From a virus: a DNA stretch of 64,000 nucleotides. The stretch covers positions 1-64,000 of the IMG/VR virus record IMGVR_UViG_3300044699_000112. One strand, written 5' to 3'. This document shows positions 58,304 through 64,000 of the stretch, one piece after another. The notes beneath the pieces are model-generated. The model did not search any database. It saw only the letters and a program-made list of their open reading frames with translations, and was not told where the DNA came from. A program made the position numbers and the translations under genes. How positions within the stretch are numbered: the stretch's first letter is position 1; every line of letters begins with the position of its first letter.

Positions 58304-59112
58304 AACTTGATGTAGTCTCCTGCCGGATCCATCAGCAGGTCCACTGCCGACAGGTACCGGGACGTGGTCTGAATGCTGGCGTGTCCCAGGAACGCCTGGA
58401 TGCCCTGGAGCTTGGCGCCGCCCTTGTGCGAGAGCGCGGCAGCCGTCCGCCGCAAGTCATGCGGAGCGAGCCGTGGCACGCCGATCCGCGCTCCCGCTGC
58501 CTTCACGATGGCATGCACGTGGTCAGCCGACAATGCCTCCTCCATGACGTGGCCCCGGTAGGTGCGGCGCCAGACGGGCCCGGTGCGGATCGCGCCCGCG
58601 GCGAGCCACTCCTCGAGGAGCCCGGCCGTCCATGAGTTGAGCGCGAGCGACCGCAGGCGGCGCCCTTTGCCCGTCAGGTCGGTGATGCAGAGGCGCCCTT
58701 CGAGCGTCTGCAGGTGCGAGCAGTCGAGCGAGACGAGCTCGGCCCGGCGGAGCGCGGCGCCGCAGAGCATCCCGAGCAGCGCGCGGTTGCGCAGGCCCAC
58801 CAGCGGCTCGCCGGGCTGGCGTTCGACGAGGGCCGACACCTGGGCCGCCGAGAGCCACGTGCCCAGACGCACGCCGCGGATCGGCATCGACTTGAGCTCC
58901 TGGATCTTCGGGTCGGCCTCCTCTGCCCTGGCCTTGAACTTCAACGCGCTGAGCTTGACGTTGCACGTGCTCGGAGCGGCGCCGTTGTCCCTGTAGTTGG
59001 CGATGTAGGCCCGCACGCCCTCGGCGGTCAGCGGGCCGTCGAAGTCGCGATAGACGGCCGCGTAGCGCGCCCGCGAGTGCGGACTGTTGAGGCTATCGAG
59101 ATTTGCGTACAC
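58300..59112 (-). CDS. Tyrosine recombinase/integrase
   Basis: Catalytic R (LRRAEL), K (GKG), HDLRR, LGH and Y (TTSRY). Confidence 0.93.
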   Translation of the reverse strand: MYANLDSLNSPHSRARYAAVYRDFDGPLTAEGVRAYIANYRDNGAAPSTCNVKLSALKFKARAEEADPKIQELKSMPIRGVRLGTWLSAAQVSALVERQPGEPLVGLRNRALLGMLCGAALRRAELVSLDCSHLQTLEGRLCITDLTGKGRRLRSLALNSWTAGLLEEWLAAGAIRTGPVWRRTYRGHVMEEALSADHVHAIVKAAGARIGVPRLAPHDLRRTAAALSHKGGAKLQGIQAFLGHASIQTTSRYLSAVDLLMDPAGDYIKL

Positions 59113-59300
59113 GTTTCACCTTCGGTTCCTTGGGCCCGCATTCGCTGGTGAAGAGGCCAGCCTCGGCCTCGGAGATCTCGTCGAGGTCGGCGGCGGCATG
59201 GCGCAAGCCGATATAGCTGTTCACGCCGAGCGGGTTCCGGCGCTTTACCTCGGCCCAGATCTGTTTGGTAAGGACGGCCATCTCGGCATACGTCATGGTT

Positions 59301-59522
59301 TCAAGGCTTGAGGAAGGCATCGGTATACTCCTTCTGCGCCACGCGCAGCGCAAGCTGGGCCTGCGCCCAGGTGGGTCCAATGTCCTGGCACTTGAACTCC
59401 TTGATGTCAAACAAGTTCCAGGCGCTCGACATTTCGAGGATCTCGGGATGATCCGGGATGAGCGCCTTGATGCGATCGACCAGTGTGTCGGCGGTCTGCT
59501 GGTAATTCTCGGAGGGCGTCAT
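59301..59522 (-). CDS. Hypothetical protein
   Basis: SD GGAGG; coupled. Confidence 0.5.
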   Translation of the reverse strand: MTPSENYQQTADTLVDRIKALIPDHPEILEMSSAWNLFDIKEFKCQDIGPTWAQAQLALRVAQKEYTDAFLKP

Positions 59523-59836
59523 GCCGCCCTCCTGCGCTTGCGCATCACGTGCACCTCGGCTGGTTTCTTGAGCCCGTAGGCGGTCTCGTCGAAGTAGGCC
59601 GTCAGCGGCAGCAACGGGTTCTTCCTGGCGATGTCGGTGTGCATGAAGATCTCGTACGCATCGCGGCCCGCCTCGGTGATCTTGAAGCCGCGGCCCGGCC
59701 TGTAGTTGATCCACTTGCGGATCAACATACTGCGGAACGGGCGCTGGTCGTAATGCTTGGCCGTCTCGATCGACAGGTACTCGCCGCCGATGAAGAGCTC
59801 CAGCATGGGAAGCTGGCGGTTCGATAGGCGGATCAT
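59519..59836 (-). CDS. wHTH-like hypothetical protein
   Basis: 'FRSMLIRKWI...FKITEAGRDAY'. Confidence 0.6.
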   Translation of the reverse strand: MIRLSNRQLPMLELFIGGEYLSIETAKHYDQRPFRSMLIRKWINYRPGRGFKITEAGRDAYEIFMHTDIARKNPLLPLTAYFDETAYGLKKPAEVHVMRKRRRAA

Positions 59837-60120
59837 GCTGCCACCGCCTTTGCCTCAGCCCGCCGCCTCTTCGCCGCTACCCGCATCCGGCGCCGCATCT
59901 CCTGGCTGCGCGCTTCCGGGTCATCGGGCCAGCCCCGGTTCTGGCTCTTCGGCTCGCCGGGAGCCTTCGGCGGACGCCCCAGCTTCTTGCGTCCCTGGAG
60001 CCCGGCCAGTTGCTCGCGTAACCCTTCGACCTCGCGCTGCACGATATCGAGTATGTGCACCATGCCTGGGAGTAGGGCTGCCATACCCATCTGCGTATAC
60101 GTTGACTCGTTCGTCTTCAT
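59833..60120 (-). CDS. Basic protein with AT-hook-like KKLGRPPK
   Basis: Coiled coil plus GRP motif; SD GAGGTG. Confidence 0.6.
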   Translation of the reverse strand: MKTNESTYTQMGMAALLPGMVHILDIVQREVEGLREQLAGLQGRKKLGRPPKAPGEPKSQNRGWPDDPEARSQEMRRRMRVAAKRRRAEAKAVAA

Positions 60121-60377
60121 TTGCCCTTCACCTCTTTCTCCTCGTCCGCGCGCCGTACGCTGCGGATCGTGATCTCCTTGTGGAATTCTTTAAGCTCAAG
60201 CGCGGCCGCGGCGCGATCCTCAGCGGTGTCCTGCAACGCTTGGTGCGAGCGGGCGCCTGCCATGAACGTCAGCCGCAGCAGTTCCAGGCCGAAGCCGTCC
60301 TCGAAGTGCGGGGGCATCTTGCCGTGGAAGACGCTCTCCAGGTAGCCCCGGAAGTACTGGTGGAGTGGTCCTCTCAT
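60117..60377 (-). CDS. Hypothetical protein
   Basis: Coupled chain. Confidence 0.5.
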   Translation of the reverse strand: MRGPLHQYFRGYLESVFHGKMPPHFEDGFGLELLRLTFMAGARSHQALQDTAEDRAAAALELKEFHKEITIRSVRRADEEKEVKGK

Positions 60378-60571
60378 CGGCGCTTGGCCGCCATCCGGAT
60401 TGCTAGGCTCATCGCGATGCGCGCGAGGATCTGTTCCGGCCTCGACAGTTCCTCGGTCAGGATCACGGGAACGCCGTAGCGGCCTTTCTGAATCGCAATC
60501 GAACCGTCCTCCTGGAGTGCTGCCTCCAGCGATGGCATGCGGGTCTCTTCTGGAATGGTCAAGATAACCAT
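60374..60571 (-). CDS. Hypothetical protein (first gene of the leftward operon)
   Basis: SD GAGGTG. Confidence 0.55.
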   Translation of the reverse strand: MVILTIPEETRMPSLEAALQEDGSIAIQKGRYGVPVILTEELSRPEQILARIAMSLAIRMAAKRR

Positions 60572-60584
60572 GTGGCGTTCACCT

Positions 60585-60646
60585 CAAAGCAATTTTACGA
60601 CTAATCGTTATTGTGCCGCAATACAATATTGCATTATAATGGGGTT
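60585..60646. promoter_or_regulatory. AT-rich divergent promoter/operator region
   Basis: TTGTGC-18-TATAAT (60611-60640). Overlapping palindromes TATTG-N5-CAATA and GCAATA-N3-TATTGC. Confidence 0.7.
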
Positions 60647-60883
60647 ATGCCCCAAGTGGTTATGAAGTTGAGCGACGAAGAACTCGAGCAGCTACGCGAC
60701 AAAGCCCAGGAGATTGCTCTATCGATGAGTGACTTCCTGCGCAAGAGGTCCGGATTCCGCCCGCTCCACCGCGGAGTCGGCAGGCCAGCCTTCCAGGTCA
60801 CCTGCCCCGTCCCCGGCTGCAAGGCCGTGGTCGGCGCCTCGGCCTATGCCAAGCACGTGCGGAACAACCATCCCAATGGGTGA
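60647..60883 (+). CDS. Ribbon-helix-helix (CopG/MobC-like) regulator with C2H2-like finger, probably leaderless
   Basis: 'VVMKLSDEELEQLRDKAQEIALSMSDFLR' plus CPVPGC..H...H. ATG lies 6 nt after TATAAT. Confidence 0.75.
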   Translation: MPQVVMKLSDEELEQLRDKAQEIALSMSDFLRKRSGFRPLHRGVGRPAFQVTCPVPGCKAVVGASAYAKHVRNNHPNG

Positions 60884-61016
60884 GCACAGCATCCGCACGC
60901 GCCGCGGGCAGTACGTCCGCTCGGATGAGTACTGCAAGCCGGAGTGCCGCGGCTCTTCGTTCAGCCACTGCGACATCTGCCTCAACACCGGATTTATTTA
61001 CGTACGAAAGGACCTC

Positions 61017-61334
61017 ATGGACACCAGCATCCTCAAGAGCCTCGACACCTCGCGCTTCAACCTCGACGAGGTGATCGAGCTCTCCTGCGCAGCCAGCGTG
61101 CTCACCGCCCACTATGCCGCGCACGAGATCGAGCCGCCCGTCTGGCTCGCCGCCGCCAATGACAAACTCGCCGCGGCCATCAGCGAAAAGTACAAGCTGC
61201 GGCTGATCGAGAAGGCGCGCCAGATGCAGGCCGAGATCGACGAGCTCATGCCGCGGGACGAGAAGCGCAACAGGCTCAAGAAGGATCTGGCGAAGCTGAA
61301 GACGAAGGTCGGCAATGGAACAGCAGCCGCCTGA
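61017..61334 (+). CDS. Hypothetical coiled-coil protein
   Basis: SD AAGGA. Confidence 0.6.
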   Translation: MDTSILKSLDTSRFNLDEVIELSCAASVLTAHYAAHEIEPPVWLAAANDKLAAAISEKYKLRLIEKARQMQAEIDELMPRDEKRNRLKKDLAKLKTKVGNGTAAA

Positions 61335-61698
61335 AACCGAGCAGATCACGCCGCAGCACGAAGCCTTCGACGCAATCTGGACGACGGTCTGCGCGATTGC
61401 CATGAAGGTCGGCGCCGCTCCGCTCAACCAGTGGCCGGGCCTCTGGCGGTTCGACGTGGACGAGCACTGGAAGATCGCGGTGAACGCGCACGACGAAGAG
61501 ATCGAGGGCATCCCGAAGTTCCGCCTGTACGCCGAGTGGAACGGCTGGCCCGCGGGCATGCTCTCGCCGACCGGCGGAGAGATCGCGGCCGGTACGCTGG
61601 CGAACATCTTCACGCTGCGCGAGGCGCTCGATCGGAAGCTGATTGCGATAGCAGTCTTCACGCTGGATGCTGAAAATATCGACCCTAGCCACGTCTAG
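61315..61698 (+). CDS. Hypothetical protein
   Basis: 'AEWNGWPAGMLSPTGGEIAAG'. Confidence 0.65.
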   Translation: MEQQPPETEQITPQHEAFDAIWTTVCAIAMKVGAAPLNQWPGLWRFDVDEHWKIAVNAHDEEIEGIPKFRLYAEWNGWPAGMLSPTGGEIAAGTLANIFTLREALDRKLIAIAVFTLDAENIDPSHV

Positions 61699-62479
61699 CG
61701 CCGGGAACTGCTCGTTCGTCAGCGATGGCACAACGCGCATCCTGATCGATGCGGGCCTCTGCCTCGCCGAAACCTTCCAGCGCCTGCGCTCGATCAACGA
61801 GGACCCGGACACGATCGACGCGGTGCTCCTCACGCATCCGCATGGCGATCACTCCGATGGCCTCGCGGTCATGCTGCGCTACTGGCGCCGCGCCGGTGGC
61901 GTTGTGCCGGTCTACTGCTCCCAGGCCACCTACGACGCGCTGCCAAATGCCATTCCGCCGCCCTGGTTCCGGCCCGTGGGCCAGTTGTCCTACTGGAGTG
62001 TGGGTTGTCTTGAATGCGAGACGTTTGCCGTTGAGCACGACACCGGCGAGCCGCTCGGCTTCACCGTGACCTCGGGTTCGTACCGGGCCTCGTTTGCGCT
62101 CGACCTGGGCACCATCCCTCCGGCGCTGGGCCAGCATCTGGCTGGCTCGGACTTCCTCCTGCTCGAAGCCAATCACGATCCGGATATGCTGCGCGCCGGG
62201 CCTTACTCGCACAAGCTCAAGGAGCGGATCGCGCGCACGCACCTGTCGAACGAAGCCGCCTGCCGGTGGATCGAAGAGTATATGAATGCGAGGACGAAAC
62301 ACCTCTGGCTCGGCCATCTGTCGATGACAACGAACGATCACGAGATCGTGCGCCTGATGGCAGCCCAGGCAATCGCGCACCGCAAGCTCGAGCCGGAGCT
62401 CGAGGTTATTTGGCCTGCGGCGCTGCAGCCTTCGCGAGTGGTGCTTGAGCCTTCGCGGGATCCGGACAAGGAGTTGTAG
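61667..62479 (+). CDS. MBL-fold metallo-hydrolase (YycJ/WalJ-like exonuclease)
   Basis: SSAGN, LIDAG, THPHGDH, EHD, LEANHD, HLSN, GHLS. Confidence 0.92.
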   Translation: MLKISTLATSSAGNCSFVSDGTTRILIDAGLCLAETFQRLRSINEDPDTIDAVLLTHPHGDHSDGLAVMLRYWRRAGGVVPVYCSQATYDALPNAIPPPWFRPVGQLSYWSVGCLECETFAVEHDTGEPLGFTVTSGSYRASFALDLGTIPPALGQHLAGSDFLLLEANHDPDMLRAGPYSHKLKERIARTHLSNEAACRWIEEYMNARTKHLWLGHLSMTTNDHEIVRLMAAQAIAHRKLEPELEVIWPAALQPSRVVLEPSRDPDKEL

Positions 62480-62717
62480 ACGTGCCGCCGGGCGCTGCAC
62501 CGTCGACCACCGTCGCGGTGTAGTAATTGCCCATCACGAACGTGTCGGAGGCGATCGGGAGCGTGACCGAAAGGGACGAGCGCGGCTGTATGCCAAGGGC
62601 CGCCACTTCCTGGAGGTTGACCGAGACGCCGTCCGTCGCGGGCGTTTCGCCGGTGGCGGGGATCGTCGCGAGGTTCTTGTTCTGACACCGGAAGTTGATC
62701 GTGAGACTCGTGGCCAT
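62406..62717 (-). CDS. Hypothetical protein
   Basis: Small beta-rich ORF. Confidence 0.55.
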   Translation of the reverse strand: MATSLTINFRCQNKNLATIPATGETPATDGVSVNLQEVAALGIQPRSSLSVTLPIASDTFVMGNYYTATVVDGAAPGGTSTTPCPDPAKAQAPLAKAAAPQAK

Positions 62718-62859
62718 GCCGTCTATCGTACATGCCAGCCGCCCGTGACCCAGAAGATAATTGCGAGCGAGATGATGTAGTAGACCGCCACTGCCAGCCA
62801 GATGAACAGCTTCCTGGCCGTCTGGGCTCTCTCAGGGGTGTAGGTCCACCACGGCAGCT

Positions 62860-63246
62860 TCATCGATTGCACTCGCAGTCATCCTTGCGCCGGGCGCACA
62901 CCGGGCAGAAAATCTCCCAGGCCGAGCCCAGGTGCTCGGTCGGCCCAACGTAGACAATCACCGGCAACGGCTTCGGCGCCTCGTTAGCCGTCTGTACGTC
63001 AGCCGTCCGTTCGGCGTCCCTGTCGTCAGCAGCTTCCTGCTCCTCGATGGCCTCGAAGGTTCGCCCCTCGGCGAACCTCTCGAATGGATCGTCAGCCGTC
63101 TGTGGGTCAGCCGTCTGTAGGTGCAGCGGCGGCTCCGGCGCCCGAGCCGCCCCGGCGGCGGCCGCGGCCGCCGCCTTCCTGGCCGCCGCCGCCTTCCTGG
63201 CGTTAGCCGCCTGCCGCTCGAGAGCCGCGCGCTGCGCGTCCGTCAT
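62860..63246 (-). CDS. Hypothetical protein with QTAD repeats
   Basis: Ala-rich, QTAD repeats, C-terminal Cys cluster. Confidence 0.5.
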   Translation of the reverse strand: MTDAQRAALERQAANARKAAAARKAAAAAAAGAARAPEPPLHLQTADPQTADDPFERFAEGRTFEAIEEQEAADDRDAERTADVQTANEAPKPLPVIVYVGPTEHLGSAWEIFCPVCARRKDDCECNR

Positions 63247-63431
63247 CGCTTGCCCCCCTTCTTTTTGGGACGCCGCGGGCACTTCATCCAGTGCTCGCGG
63301 AGGATCCCGTGGTAGACCGTGGCGCCGCAGCCCCACCAGCACGGGACCGTCAGCTTCGGCTTCGACCCGCCCCTGTTCTTCACGGGCAGGTCCGGGTCAG
63401 CCGTCTGTCCTGGCAGTTCAAGCGTCGTCAT
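63243..63431 (-). CDS. Small Zn-finger protein
   Basis: CWWGC...H..KCPRRP; SD GAGGAG. Confidence 0.55.
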   Translation of the reverse strand: MTTLELPGQTADPDLPVKNRGGSKPKLTVPCWWGCGATVYHGILREHWMKCPRRPKKKGGKR

Positions 63432-64000
63432 CGTTCTCCTCCTCTTCCGCAGCCTCGCGCCGCTTCTCAATCTCGTCCCGGTACTGGCCCTCGGTGAACT
63501 CGACCGAGTGCAGTCCCTGCTCGCCGGTCTCGGGGTTCTGCGCCCAAGTGTCGATCACCTTGCCGCAGCCGCACTTCATGCACACCTCGTGCATGCGCAC
63601 TCCGCAGCCATGCCCTTCGACGCCAGGGCTCTCTTCGCAGCCGCCTACAATCTCAATGGGGTCGTCCCACTCGTGATGCTCTTCGCCTTTGAGGCAGGCG
63701 GGTTCGATCGCCTCGATCGTCACCGTGTGCGCCTCGCGATCGACATGCACGATATCGCCATCCGCATCGATCCCGTAGAGCCAAGTCCAAACCGTGACCC
63801 AGCCGGTCTCGTTGCGCTCGCCCCACTCGCCCCCTTCGACGTACTCTTCCGCCGCTTCCTGGGCGGAGTCGGCTTCGATCTCAATCTCGGCGTTGCCATC
63901 ATCCGCGGCCCAGGTGCTGGGTTTCTCTACCAAGCAGTCGTCGATGATATGCCAGCCAGTCCGCACCGCCGCGGTGTAGATCGTCTCCTGACCGCGGGCA
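63418..64000 (-). CDS. Acidic hypothetical protein (may begin beyond the window)
   Basis: 182-aa ORF with CMKCG; protein-like composition. Confidence 0.55.
   Translation of the reverse strand, partial: ARGQETIYTAAVRTGWHIIDDCLVEKPSTWAADDGNAEIEIEADSAQEAAEEYVEGGEWGERNETGWVTVWTWLYGIDADGDIVHVDREAHTVTIEAIEPACLKGEEHHEWDDPIEIVGGCEESPGVEGHGCGVRMHEVCMKCGCGKVIDTWAQNPETGEQGLHSVEFTEGQYRDEIEKRREAAEEEENDDDA

Noticed and set aside
1-64000. tRNA, rRNA or IS elements
   Set aside because: No cloverleaf with T-loop/CCA, no rRNA-like sequence and no transposase recognised by eye; tRNAscan-SE was not run.

Overview
The window is essentially one GC-rich (roughly two-thirds GC) tailed dsDNA phage or prophage genome, close to complete. 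No host housekeeping flank is visible. Gene order: partial TerS-like gene and probable packaging-start region (1-~1000); about 8 kb of small accessory genes; TerL, portal, scaffold, major capsid and head-completion genes (8.6-21 kb); tailspike/fibre (21-26 kb); putative ejection proteins including a 3078-aa polyvalent protein (27-41 kb); a head-spike/collagen-fibre module with an antisense HNH gene (41-47 kb); a recombination/replication operon with SSAP, SMC-like ATPase, ASCH, PD-(D/E)XK nucleases, an iteron-containing initiator and DnaB (47-57 kb); and a leftward operon with a tyrosine recombinase, a divergent switch region and an MBL hydrolase (57-64 kb). There is no tape-measure, tube or sheath gene, so the phage is podovirus-like. 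From recalled protein resemblance (DnaB, YycJ-like hydrolase, integrase) the host may be Acidobacteriota; this is inference. The most interesting observation is two small genes nested in the +1 frame inside the giant virion protein. One has an apparent internal promoter and SD and encodes a small protein with an acidic C-terminal half immediately after a HhH-GPD DNA-glycosylase-like domain, suggesting an injected-effector/nested-immunity system. Clusters of single-base frameshifts (19.2-21 kb, ~23.15 kb, ~45.18 kb, 51-51.9 kb) look like long-read consensus errors. Family assignments come from motif recognition only; no database search was run.
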